NCBI GenBank assembly: GCA_964016885.1
Contig: CAXHJY010000281.1
Location: forward strand, 26,260-90,259
Direction: 5' to 3'
DNA: 64,000 nt
DNA from: Eledone cirrhosa
Taxonomy: Eukaryota
In this document: in pieces, positions 26,570 to 38,503 of the stretch
Layout of the letters: the number at the start of each line of letters is the position of its first letter
Position numbering within the stretch: position 1 is the first letter of the stretch
Program-made: the position numbers and the translations under genes
The notes under the pieces: generated by a model
What the model was told of the DNA's origin: nothing
Databases searched by the model: none
The model's input: only the letters and a program-made list of their open reading frames with translations

Positions 26570-28331
26570 CTATATTTCAAAAAACCTGATCACCTATAGA
26601 TCTGGTGAGCATGCCAGTCAGATAGATTTTATCTCCACCAGAAGACAAACACAAAATCCCTCCCTGGAAGAATACACTTCCCAACATAACCTAATAGTTA
26701 CAGAGGTCATAGTTAGAGCTAGATGAACTCGGAGACAGAGAGCAACCTGGAGGAGAAGGATATGAAAGTTGAAAGGAGTCTTCAGCCAGTAACAAATGAA
26801 GCTTACAACAGTAAGGGACATACAATATAGAGGAGCAGTGAGAATTTCTGAAAGATAATTTGCTAAAGGCAACGAATAAGATCTGTGACTGGAGCATGAG
26901 AGTGACTTGGTTGTGGAACAGTAAGGTGGATGAGGCAATTAAAACCGAGACAGGCATGGAAAGACTGGCAGAATGGGAGAAGCAGAGTGACCAAAGATGT
27001 GAAGTGTTCAGGATCATAAGGCAGTGTGTCAGGGAAAATTGTGATGCTGAAAAGGAAGTAGCATGGAAGTACCATTATGAAAGCAACATAGTAAGGCAAT
27101 TAAGGATATGAAGATGGGGAAAGCAGCTGGACTATCAGGGATAGTTGCTGAGATGCTGAAAGCATCTTGGATGGTGGACCACACCTTAACTACTCGTAAA
27201 CCAAGTAATACAGAATGGTGTTGTACCCAATGCCTGGCGTAGAAACTTTATCGTCAATTACAACAGGGAAAAAAAGAGATGCTTTTGTTCGAGAAAACTA
27301 TAAAGACATCAAGTTGATGGACCAAGTCATGAATGTTGCAGAAAGAGTTATAATACAGCTGATTAGGTGAGATGCAGTTTGGATTTTTGCCTGGTAAAAG
27401 TACCACTGATGCTCTCTTCCTTGTGAAATAACTTCAGAAGAAGCACCTAGCTAAAAGTAAGCCTCTCTACTGGCATTTGTTGACCTGGAGAAAGTTTTGA
27501 TGGAGTCTCCATTCCATAATCTAAGAAGCTCTTAGAAAACTATGGTAGATGATTGGTTTGTGAAGGCAGTACTAGATATGTACAGAGGAATTAACAATGA
27601 CTATGGTGAAGAATTTAGTATGCAAGTAGGAGTCTGTCAGAGCTCCGTTCTTAGCCCCTTCCTGTTTATTATTGTCTTGCAGGCTATAACAGAAGAGTTT
27701 ATGACTGGCAGCCCATGGGAACTTCGATATATGCAGATGATCTAACTCTCATAGGCGAATCTATGTCAGAATTAGAGAAGAAATTTGAAACTTAAAAGGA
27801 TATCTTAGAATCAAATGGTCTTAAAGTCAACTTGGCAAAGATTAAAGTCCTAGTAAGTAGAACGGAAAACAAGGCGCTGATCCCTTCAGGGAAATGACCT
27901 TGCTCACTATATAGGAGAGGGGCAGGTAGAAATTCCATCCTTTGTCCCAAATTCAAACTATGGGTACACAAAGGGTGTAAGATCTCAAGCAGGCTAGCAA
28001 AGAATGAAGGCTTTGTATGTGGTTGATGCACAAGAGCAATACTCAGCAAGTATTTAAAAGAAACAACACGCTCTATCAAATTGTCAGTGGGTTTTGTTGA
28101 AGTAGTTGACAGCATCTGTTAGCTGGGTAAGAAAATTAGCAGTGGTGGCAGGTGTTCTGAAAGTACAGTAGCCAGAGTGGTTGGTATTAGAAAGGGCATC
28201 CAACCATAAAAATGAAGCTGAAATACATATCCCTATGAACATGACAGTCACCAGATCTGAATTGTCTCGTAACGTGACAACCTGTCTAACCCATGCAAGT
28301 GTGGAAAAATAGACGTTAAATGGTCATGATG
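26570..28331 (+). mobile_element. Decayed RTE LINE
   Basis: Endonuclease end, VTWLWNSKVDEAIK, QSSVLSPFLF (ORF 27542-27745), PHD remnant and tail gacgttaaatggtcatgatg. Confidence 0.85.
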
Positions 28332-28577
28332 TATATATATATATATATATATATTGAACAAGAAGCTATTAAGCTATTCATTGCCTCTGTTGCAGTATAA
28401 TAGGTAATAAAATGTACACACACATATATAATATATATATATATGCACGACACATGCCTCCGCCATCGTCGACGACTGAAAGTCCTACCCATGCTAGCAT
28501 GGAAAATGTACGTTAAACAAGGATGACATATATATATATATTAACAAGATATTTATTTTTCTTTTAATTTGTTGTAG

Positions 28578-28707
28578 ATATTTGATGGGTACTCAACGAC
28601 GACAACGTAACATTAATGACATCATGCCTATGATTGGGGCAAGGTTTTATACTCAGCTTGATGCCGCTCAGTTGCGGAGTGATGTTGTTGAAAATGAATT
28701 GGCGAAG
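28578..28707 (+). CDS. PAN3: PAN3 coding exon (coiled coil): YLMGTQRRQRNINDIMPMIGARFYTQLDAAQLRSDVVENELAK
   Basis: Acceptor gttgtag, donor gtgaaa at 28708; 130 nt. Contains the diagnostic NDIMPMIGARFYTQLDAAQ; phase joins the previous exon (ct+a = Leu). Confidence 0.97.
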
Positions 28708-28918
28708 GTGAAAAATGATCCTTTCATTCTCATTATTTCTTGCTTTCTTACACACAAATATACACGACCACACTTTCTGTCTATTTATCTGTTATACCAC
28801 ACACTCTTCTAATACATGCTCTATCTTTGTTCCACTCTCACCTTCTATGTGCAAGAATATAAATAAAATGTTGCAAGTATGAGGTATCATCTGTCTAAGC
28901 TAACTGTTTATTTTGCAG

Positions 28919-28983
28919 GAAGTTGAAAATGGTAGATTGTTTCGATTACTTTGCAAGTTGGTGACAATATTGGAAAGACCAGA
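28919..28983 (+). CDS. PAN3: PAN3 coding exon: EVENGRLFRLLCKLVTILERP(E)
   Basis: Acceptor ttttgcag, donor gtaag at 28984; 65 nt. Matches PAN3 EVqNGRLFRLLaKLgtInERPE. Confidence 0.95.
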
Positions 28984-29767
28984 GTAAGATTTCCTTCTTG
29001 CTTTTTATTCTTCTCTTCCAACATTGCTTTCTCTTCTTTTTTATCTTTATTTTGTTTTTCCATATGCTGTTTATTTTGCACATCGATCTATCTCTCCCCA
29101 CCCCATCTTTTCGACCCAGTTATTATAAATAGGAACAATGAGAACAAATAAGACAAGAAGCTTGCTGAGGAACTCTCCCACTTCTATGTAAATGTCTGTT
29201 GACTTAAGTTCAGTCTAGATCCTACCAATAACTTCATACTAATATCCAAATCTCATCCTATTCTTCTCTCAGATACAAATCTCCCACCCTCAAACTCTAA
29301 CTTACCTCTGTTGTCCAGCTACAGTTTATATATGACTTCGCTCTGAATGGTAGCATATGCTTTAACATTCATCTGTCACCTCCATTTTAACAACAAAGAC
29401 TATCAGTTACACTGGCCTAAACTTTTGCTTCTACCTTCCTCTAAATTTATATGCATTTTCTACCATTCCCTGAACTACTTTAATCACTAACCTTCTACTC
29501 TTGGGCATCATAACCATCCTACCTAGATTTATCACACCAGACTTAAACTGCCTTGGAAACTGGCCTTGTTTATACAAAACAAAGCTGTTTATTTTAAAGT
29601 GTTTGTCATCATCATCATCGTTGTTGTTTTTACCTCCATCCACTTTTACATGTTGGTATGAGTTGCACAGGATTTTTAAGGGAATATTTTACAACTGGAT
29701 GCCCTTCATTTTAGTCATTTTTTAATGACATGTAGGGATATGATGTACCTAGTCTAAACGAGATACA

Positions 29768-30091
29768 CATCATCATCATCATCATCATCATCGTTTAACG
29801 TCCATCTTCCACGCTTGCATAGGTTTGGACGGGAGTTTTCCCACTTGAGGCAAGATTTGTTGTCCTGCTCGTATAGGACTGACTGTCTGGCGGGTTTTCT
29901 ACGGCTGGATGCCCTTCCTAACACCAACCACGTTTACAGTGTGGACTGGGAGGTTTTTACCGTGTTACCTACACGGCCACATTACAGCGTGGACTGTGTG
30001 TTTTTTTTTTTGTTGTGACACCTACACGACCTCATTTGTTTCGGACTGGATGTTGTGGTACCAACATAACTTCACATTTAAGGGGGTGGGG
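29768..30091 (-). mobile_element. 3' UTR-only copy of the young RTE, antisense
   Basis: Reverse complement nearly matches 12385-12679 base for base; (CAT)n at 29768-29792. Confidence 0.92.
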
Positions 30092-32299
30092 ATATATATA
30101 TATATATATATATCAAAAACATTCCATTATAATTTTCTGTAAAAACCTTTAAGTTATGTTCCAAACATCAGATTAATAATGAGCAAATTAAATCCCTCTA
30201 AATTATTTTTTAAATGATTTGAAAAAACACATATGCAGTGTTTTTCATTAGAAATATGGTAATAAATGGATTAAAAACATTTTTCAGTGTAGACATGATC
30301 TGTTTGTGTTCTTCTGTAACACAAAGATGCAATGTCTACATTAGTGTGTGTTGGAGCTCCATAAGTTCTTATTTGAGTGCTCTAGCTGTTTAAAAAAGGG
30401 AACAGCTTGCTCATGAAATCAACATGAAAGTTGTTGAGCATTCTATAGACACGAGAATTTTTTTCAACATGCTGATGTGCATATGAGTATATTATTATAA
30501 ATACACAACTTACATTTACACAAACACACACAAATACACTCACACACGTGTAGTGAATGTAGGTGCCGTTTTCTGTAGTTTGTCATCACCCTTTCCTTTC
30601 TCAGTCATCTTTAGTGCGTGACACATCACCCCTTCCTTCCTCAATCATATCTAGTGTGACGTCATCACCCCTTCCTTCCTTGGTCATCTCTAGTGTGTGA
30701 TGGAAGGATAAAAGGACATAAGTCGCTCAAATTTATATATACATTTGTGCCTTTAACATACCTTTTGGACGGTCAGCATGACACAAGGTATGATATGTCA
30801 GATCCTTTGACTAATTTTTGCCACCTGACTGAACTGGAGCAAAGTTAAAGAAAGTGTCTTGCTCTTACATTATAAAATGTGTCACTGGGAATCAAACCCG
30901 TGGCCTTTCGATCATGAGTTATACACCCTTACCACTAATCCACACATCTTCACACATCAAGAAATAACATCAAGCCATAAACTACACAATTAAAACCTTC
31001 AAAGTTGCTACAAATGTCCTGCCTCTTAATTCCTGTTGTTTAGCACAGGGTCAGCTTTGATTGAGCAGACCTATGATCAAAAGCATTCATCTTATCATCA
31101 TCCCATTTTTTTCTCTATGTGCAAGAAATGCAGGATTATATTACTCAATGTAAATGTCCTTTTCTAAAAAGATAAGTTGTGATCTGAAGGAAGCTAAATT
31201 GTTGTTTTTAGCAGGTTGAATGACTATGTAGAGGGTTCTGTCATTGACTTGACAAAATATCCATTGGTCCCTCCTTGTACCCCCCCACACACATATGTAA
31301 CATTGTCATAAATGCATCCCACACACTAGGGTTATTCTTCATGCCCAAACGTATCAAATCCCTGATCAGATACTCTCTCTCTCTCTATAAAATCCACTCT
31401 ATAGGACATTGTTCTTAACGTATAGACACCTTTTAACTACATTGAAAAGAAAGCTAAGATTCATAACCACTAGCTCGCAGTTATTTTGTTTCTTCTCTCT
31501 GCTACCTCCGTTGCCACTATAATGGCCATTCAAACTATTAGATACACATTCACCTGGCATTTCTCCTCCTCTTGTCACTCAGACCTGCACTTATCACTTT
31601 TCCCAATCCTTTGCCACAACTACTAATCTCTGGAAGAGCCTCTCTCTTTTCCTTGCCCAGTTTCGAAAATGGTTTTGGACAGCGCACTTCCTACTTTACA
31701 ATATATCTAAGTTTGGGTATCTCATCTAAAATGTCCCTATCTGCTGCCCCTCCCCACATCTTTTATACTCACTCATTTCTACCACTCTCCATCCCTCCTA
31801 TCACTACTATCCATATATCTCTCTCTCTATCTATCTCTCACCAGCTCTCCTTCCTCCTTTCTATCCCTTTCACCACTTCTTCCTCCCTCTCTCTCTTAAC
31901 ATGTACCTACCATTATGTTTTTTCTACTGTAACTCTTATATATTTATTTGCCTTCACACCCACTTCCATTACTCCCTGCTCTGTCACACTCTCACCTCCA
32001 CTGCCGCTTTCCCGATAAAATAAAGCACCAGTAATGCACTGTGGTCAATTTAATCGACTTTCCCCGCCCCCCAAATTGCTGTCCTTGTGTCTATAGTAGA
32101 AATCATTATTAATACAACTTTAATTTTATTTTCATCCATCCAATCCAATGAAACTAATACCAGTTAAAATATTGATCTTAGTACAACTAACTATACTCTA
32201 CACTTTTGTTAAAATTTGTGGCTTTTTATTTACATCTTGAAAATAATATTGAGTTTATATGCATATTATAGCTTAGTTTGTATCAATATTTATTTCCAG

Positions 32300-32438
32300 A
32301 TTTTCAATTGATACTTCATGGTCTGAAACAGGAGATCGATACATGTTAAAATTATTCCGAGATTACATCTTCCATCAAGTGGATGAGCATGGAACCCCAT
32401 GGGTTGATATGGCTCATATTGTTGATTCATTAAACAAG
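32300..32438 (+). CDS. PAN3: PAN3 coding exon (C-terminal knob): [46 protein letters not shown]
   Basis: Acceptor tttccag, donor gtgagt at 32439; 139 nt. Contains the [15 protein letters not shown] motif of the PAN2-binding knob. Confidence 0.97.
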
Positions 32439-32952
32439 GTGAGTTTCTGTTATTCTTGTTTGCTTATATTTTGATTTAAAAAAAAAAATTAGTTATGATA
32501 ATAGGAAGACAAACAATGAATTGCAGATGATAATGTGGATAGAGCCAGTGATGAAAAATAGAATGAGATGGTTGGGTCATGTGTTGAGGACATGAAAGTG
32601 ATTGGGTGAGAGAACTGATGGAAATGAATATGGAAGGAAATAAGAAAAACATAGCTGAAGATGATGAAAAAAAAATGAAAGCCAGGAGGTTGATGGGGTG
32701 GGAGTGCAGACAATAGGGCAAAATAGAGAAGCTTGCCATAGGGCCCATAGAGCTAACCCCTCCTGCTTTAGCAGTGAAAATGTCCTTAAAACGCTTATGT
32801 TAATCATTCTGTATTATACTTAATAATAACAATTCCTCAAACTACACAAGCCACTATCGTTATTGATCTCTACAATTCTTTTTTTAACTTCTTAAAATTT
32901 AGCTTGTAATTCAATAACCCGTAGTGGGTTATTGAATTAATATATAGTTAGT

Positions 32953-33200
32953 GGAGACATGTGCCTACTAGTAAGGGTATTGGACTTATCATAATGTCGT
33001 GGCTTCGATTCCTGGGCTGGGTTGTGTGTTGTGTTCTTGAGCAAAACACTTCATTTCACTTTGTTCCAGTATACTCAGCTGAAAGTGAGTATTAGCAATA
33101 GGTGGAGGTTTAACCCTGTGATGGGCTGGCATTCTGTCGGCAGGTTGTACTCTGTCACTTCACACTACGAAACCGGAATAAACACTGGCCTAACTAGCTT
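32953..33200 (+). mobile_element. tRNA-derived SINE, family B
   Basis: B-box-like gcttcgattcc then ttcttgagcaaaacacttcatttcac...ctccag..tactcagctg core; related copies at 100-350 (-), 30750-30950 (-) and 60720 (+). Confidence 0.7.
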
Positions 33201-34519
33201 CTGGTTTAAGACAGACTTTAGACTAGATAGGCAATATATAGTTGATATATATATATATGTAAAATATATAGTGGAGTGGTACAATAAACATCCATCCATT
33301 ACACTTCTTATATTTTATTTTAAAACATTTTCTGAACTGGATTTCCATTTTTCAAGTTTTGGTGGATATGATATTTGACCATTCTTTAGTTAAATTAACA
33401 TACTAAGTAAATATACTTGAAACATGCCTGTTGCTATCATCAATTTGGTATAAAGACAAGGTCCACTTCTACAGCATTATTTTTTTAAATGTTCCAAAAA
33501 CTTGGATCAGCTCTGGCTATGGAGGTTCTCTCCCTTGCCTACTTTTTGTGAGCTGAAATTTTTTTACACTTTCTGATTTTCACTGGTACATCTTGTTTAT
33601 GCAAGACATAAAAATTAGTTACCATATGAAGACATGTATGGAGACAAATACACACATTGATATATGTATAGAACAGGCTTCCACTCAGTTTCTGTCTACT
33701 CATAAAGCATTGGTCAGCCTGAAACTAGTTGAAGACACTGGCTGAAGCTGCTCATGAGTGGACTTGTCAACTCCACAGTCATGTTTAGTATTTACTTTAA
33801 CTAGCTATGGGTCAATCCTTATCCAACAAAACTATTTTTTTTTCAAACAATGTTATCTATGATCAGATAATCACTATCCATAGGTTTGGTTGCTATTTCT
33901 AACTGATAGGGATTGACTGCTTGAGATATAGATACAGGGATTGACTTCAGGAAGTGCATCAAGCCATACAATACTGCTTCTAAAAGATCACTTTTAATGC
34001 ATGCCAACAGGGAAAGGTGTATGTAGAAATAGTGATGGTGGTGAGTGTCAAACTTATAATGGCTTCATATTCTGTAATTAAAAAGCCAAACTAAATTTGT
34101 GTGTATGTGTGTGTTGAAACATACAAACTGATGGTCTAGTAATGTTAATTTTCTGCAAATAATATTAATACAAAATTGCATAAAATTATAAATTAATTTT
34201 TAAAAGAAGTTGAATCACTGTTGTCGTCAGTGTCATGTGTATTGGAGTCCCATGCCCACATATATCCTTGAATGACATGAAAGAATTCTTATATAAAGCA
34301 GCCTGCCTTGAATGTCAAACAATACTTCACATTCCACAAATAATTTGTTTAGAAATGTGATGCAGGTGTTGAACAAATGTATCACATATAGTGAAACATC
34401 CAACCCTTGCTCGCAGGAAACACAGGTATTAAAACAAGGATGATGCCGATGATGATTCACTGTTATGATCAAGTATGTAAGTACAGGCAGAATCAATCAT
34501 GTAGGTAGTGAGTGACTTT

Positions 34520-35170
34520 CTACATGGATGTTCAGCCTGATAAAAATGGCAGCCAAATTTTTCTCATTACACTTTCACTGTTTTAGAAAAAGGAAGGGTC
34601 CATTAGATAAATGTATTTATGGATACATTATATCTGAATAAAAGACAAGATAGTCACAACTAGAACATCTTTTATCGTAAGTCTGTTTGATTAGGAGTAA
34701 TCTGGGACTAAACAACAGCTATCGCCACTAATGCTAACTACTATACTATTCAGTGGGTGTTGTAGCCCTAGATACAATGTCTGATAGTCACAACTGAAAC
34801 ATCTTCAATCATAGGTCTTTTTGATTGGGACTAAACAACAAAAGTTATTGTCACTAGTACTAACTTCTGTACTATTCATTATGTATTGTAGCCCTCTTGA
34901 TACACTATGTATGAATAAAAGACAAAATGGTCACAACTGGAACGTCTTTGATCATAAGTCTGCTGGTCATGACTGGCCTGGAGCTAAATGATAACATTAT
35001 AGCTGCTGCCACCAAAAGAAAAGACACATTAAATAATGTAGTCTGAGGAAACACTATATCTGAAATAAAAAAAAAAGATGGGATGGGATGGTCACATTTG
35101 GAATATCTTTGATTACAAACTTGCTCTGTCTGAGCAGACATGGGGCTAAGCAACAACTGTATAACCAACT
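34520..35170 (+). repeat. Degenerate tandem array of a retroposon 3' end (ggtcacaactggaac.tctttgatcata.gtctg...ctaaacaaca)
   Basis: Unit seen near 34640, 34785, 34920 and 35075; dispersed single copies at 22985, 31035, 38685 and 47490. Confidence 0.65.
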
Positions 35171-35919
35171 CTACATGTACTGGATCTAGAGTATTTCCAG
35201 TATCATCATTGTTTAATGTACATTTATCACTAACATGGGTTAGACAGGTTGTCCCATTTGAGATAAGTTGGGTTAGGTTACTCATATAGAACTGTTTCTG
35301 GCTTGGTTTCTACGGCTGGATGCCTTTCCTAACGCCTACCAAATTTAATGTGGACTGGGTGCTTTTTGTCGTGACACCTACATGACCACTTTACAGTGTG
35401 GGCTGGATATTTTTGTTCACAGTGTAGATGTATGTTTGAGTCTGTGCGCATGGGAAGGCGTCTTCTGAATTACTGTGTAACGTCAGTATATTTTTGATCT
35501 TCTCATGGGTTGTTGTTCTTTATGTAATCCATTATCATCAACATGTAGATATAATCAAATAATTAATATTTATGCTTAAGATTTAAGATTAATTTAATAT
35601 AGATCCAACTAGAGATTTCGATTTAAAAGAATAAAGTGAGAAGTGTAAACTCTTTCAACTATTCCACTGTATTCAGAAAAACAAGATTATTCGTATCAGA
35701 ATATAACTACCCCTATGATTCTGCATACCGAGAAACATATATAGAAAGGGCATTTAACCATAGAAAACTTGCCAAATAAAAGGTTGAGGAGACTCCTCAA
35801 TTGTGTCAAAGGCATGACAACCTCCCTAGTGTTGGTGCCACAATAAAATGCAGCCTCGGGCCTATCGGAGCTGTCAGTAGCTCTGATCAAGTACTGACTT
35901 CATCTGAGAAGTCATTTAA

Positions 35920-36846
35920 ATCATCATCACCATCACCATTTAATGTCCCTGTTTCCTTGCTGGCATGGTTAGACGAGTTACCTTGTGCGCAATGCCAGGT
36001 TATGATCATGTCATGCTCAAACAGAACCGATTTTGGCTTTGTTTCTACAGCTGGATGCCCTTCCTAGCGCTAACCTCATTTACAGTGAGTACTGGGTGCT
36101 TTTTGTTGTGACTCCCATGACCACTTTACAGTGTGGGCAGGGCGCTTTTTGTTGTCACCATCACAGCCAGTTTATAGTGTGTGCTGGAGGCTTCACTGGA
36201 TGTATACTTCAACTAGTCCTTGTGGGGTGGTGGGAGTGGTGCATACTATGTACGAGGGTAATCCCAAAAGTAAGGTCTCCAAAGCGATTGGGACGCAGAG
36301 AAACTGTTCGTACGGCTGTTGGCAACACTGTTGTGATTGGTGCTTCCTTCACTCCCAAACAAGCATGCGCACGCTTCGCTGGGATGCTCAATCTTGGCTT
36401 GGCAGCCGTTGAGAATGGAGCTCCCATTGAACGCTACCGCCAAGTGCAAATTTCGCGCAGTTATTATATAGAGGGCAATCCCAAAAGTAAGGTCTCCTTC
36501 CGAGGAAAACATGCGTAAAGATCGGCGGATCACTCTGGATGCTTTCTGGATGTTCCTGAGGTTTCCTGAAGCACCATCCACAGGATTTTAACGGAAAAGT
36601 TGCAATATCGGAAGGAGACCTTACTTTTGGGATTGCCCTCGTATATGCTTCAGCTTTGGCCTGTGCCCATCAGAAGTTGGGTCTTTTGTATTACTGCGTA
36701 ACGCCAGAGATCTCTGTCCAATTGCACCTCTCAAAAGTGATGATATAGGACCAGGTCAGCTTTTATCACCTCGTCCCAACTCTCCTTGGGTCTCCCCTCT
36801 CCATGGCTTCCATCGACTTTGAGCACTCTGCACCTTTTAATACATG
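35920..36846 (-). mobile_element. RTE 3' fragment (antisense) split by a mariner MITE
   Basis: Reverse tail and 3' UTR 35920-36250; RT C-terminal coding remnant 36644-36846 ending about 40 nt before the last PAN3 acceptor. Confidence 0.75.
36253..36641. mobile_element. mariner-type non-autonomous element with three TIR copies
   Basis: TA|cgagggtaatcccaaaagtaaggtctcc ... ggagaccttacttttgggattgccctcg|TA; third TIR at 36471; transposase start MELPLNATAKCKFRAVI at 36415. Confidence 0.9.
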
Positions 36847-36883
36847 ATAGTTATTTTTCTTTTCTTTTATCTTTTTTTTTTAG

Positions 36884-37030
36884 TTGGATGCAGGTGTTAT
36901 GGACAAAGTGACACTGATGTCACGAGATGAACAAACTATGCTGGTGGTTTCTTATGCAGAACTGAAGCAAAGTTTTGAAAGTGCATTTGCCGAACTGCTG
37001 ACTGCCACACAACACACAAACTTTGCCTAA
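36884..37030 (+). CDS. PAN3: PAN3 last coding exon: LDAGVMDKVTLMSRDEQTMLVVSYAELKQSFESAFAELLTATQHTNFA*
   Basis: Long polypyrimidine tract plus tag at 36881-36883; 49 codons to TAA 37028-37030. Matches PAN3 C-terminus LDAG..eKisLiSRDEksvLVVtYsdLK. Confidence 0.96.
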   Translation: MDAGVMDKVTLMSRDEQTMLVVSYAELKQSFESAFAELLTATQHTNFA

Positions 37031-37425
37031 ATCTACCTCCAGCTTGAAAAAGAAAGAAAAGAAAAAAAGAAAATCCACAAAAAACAGTAACTTTTTTTTT
37101 TCTGTTAATAGTTGTAATAGTTTTTTTTTTCTTCTTCTATGGAGGTGTGGCTTAGTGGTATCAAAGAGTTAGAGGTGAGGAAAGCCATGTTATTCATGAA
37201 TGGGAGGGCGGGGAAAAGTTAGCTATTTTGTACTTATAAACCCACGTTTATCTTTTTTGCCATCAATCCTTCCATTTTGCTGAGAATTTCATCATGTAAC
37301 CCACAAATGTTGATATAACAAAACAATTGGTTAAAAAAAAAGAAAAAAAGATTCTCAAGGAAATTTTTTAATGAAAACAAAAAAAGCGGGGAGCAAAAAA
37401 TAACAGGCAGCAATGTTTCTCTTTT

Positions 37426-37459
<34 letters not shown>

Positions 37460-37717
37460 TCCCCCCCATGCCCATGTTTTTCTCTTTTTTTTTTCTCTCC
37501 CTTTATCAATTAAGAAAATAAAATCATGTTGGGAGGTTGGGAAAAAAATGTGAAAATATAAACATAATTAAATCAAAAGGTGAAATTGTTGTTGGGGAGC
37601 CTAAGAGTTGTGATGGTTGACGTTTTTAAAAAAAAATTTTTTTTTAATAGTTGTTTTTAAGTCTGATTATTATTATAAGTAGAATTAATAGTTAATTGTT
37701 GTTGTTATGATTATTAC

Positions 37718-37751
<34 letters not shown>

Positions 37752-37754
37752 GAA

Positions 37755-37950
37755 GGGTAGTGGATTGGCAGTATCGGTAAAGGGTTGGACAATATGCTTT
37801 GCAGTATAGAGTTACGCCCCTTTACGGTCTGAGTTCAAATCCCTCCGAGGTTAACTTTGCCTTTCATCCTTACGGGGTCGATAAAATAAAGTACCAGTAA
37901 TGCACTGGGATAATTGCTGGCCTTGTGCCAATAAGTAGAAACAATTATTA
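37755..37950 (+). mobile_element. tRNA-derived SINE, family A
   Basis: Full body, 0.7 kb after the PAN3 stop codon. Confidence 0.85.
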
Positions 37951-38342
37951 ATATTATTATCATTATTAGTGGTGGTGGTGGTGGTGGCAGTGACTTGATA
38001 TAATCAGTAAAGTCATGGATAAAATAAATGTCTTAATATTCAGTTGCATAAATTTATGTTTCACTTTTAATTTCTGCTGAGGTCGGGGTCGGCTTTGCCT
38101 TGTATCATTTGAAACAACTAACCCCCCCCCCCCCCCCCAACCAAGTTTCTGTCCTTGTGCCTCTGTTTAAGAGAATTATTTGTATTATAAGGGTCAATAA
38201 AATAAAGTACCAGTAAGGCACTGGGATAATTGCTGGCCTTGTGCCAATAAAGTAGAAACAATTATCATCATCATCAATTACACCATTTTGTGAGTTTTTT
38301 TTACTACACCTTCAGGTAAACCTCCATGTTCCTGAGGTGTAA

Positions 38343-38503
38343 ATAATTGTTTCTACTTTTGGCACAAGGCCAGCAATTACCCAGTGCATTACTGGTACTT
38401 TATTTTATTGACCCCGTAAGGATGAAAGGCAAAGTTAACCTCGGCGGGATTTGAACTCAGAATGGCAAGGGTCGTAATTATGCGTCAAAGCATGGCGTCC
38501 GAC
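38343..38503 (-). mobile_element. tRNA-derived SINE, family A, 5'-truncated with TSD
   Basis: Reverse copy flanked by ggtgtaa at 38336-38342 and 38504-38510. Confidence 0.88.

Noticed and set aside
28951-28983. PAN3 LCKLVTILERPE differs from vertebrate LAKLGTINERPE
   Set aside because: As I recall these positions vary among PAN3 orthologues; frame and flanking motifs are intact, so no functional claim is justified.
30583-30702. Three copies of an approximately 38-bp repeat (catcacccc.ttccttcct..gtcatct.tagtgtg)
   Set aside because: Ordinary short minisatellite with nothing to suggest function.
31572-32018. 148-aa S/L/P-rich ORF (similar at 19220-19619 and 4370-4696)
   Set aside because: Arises from CT- or GA-rich low-complexity sequence.
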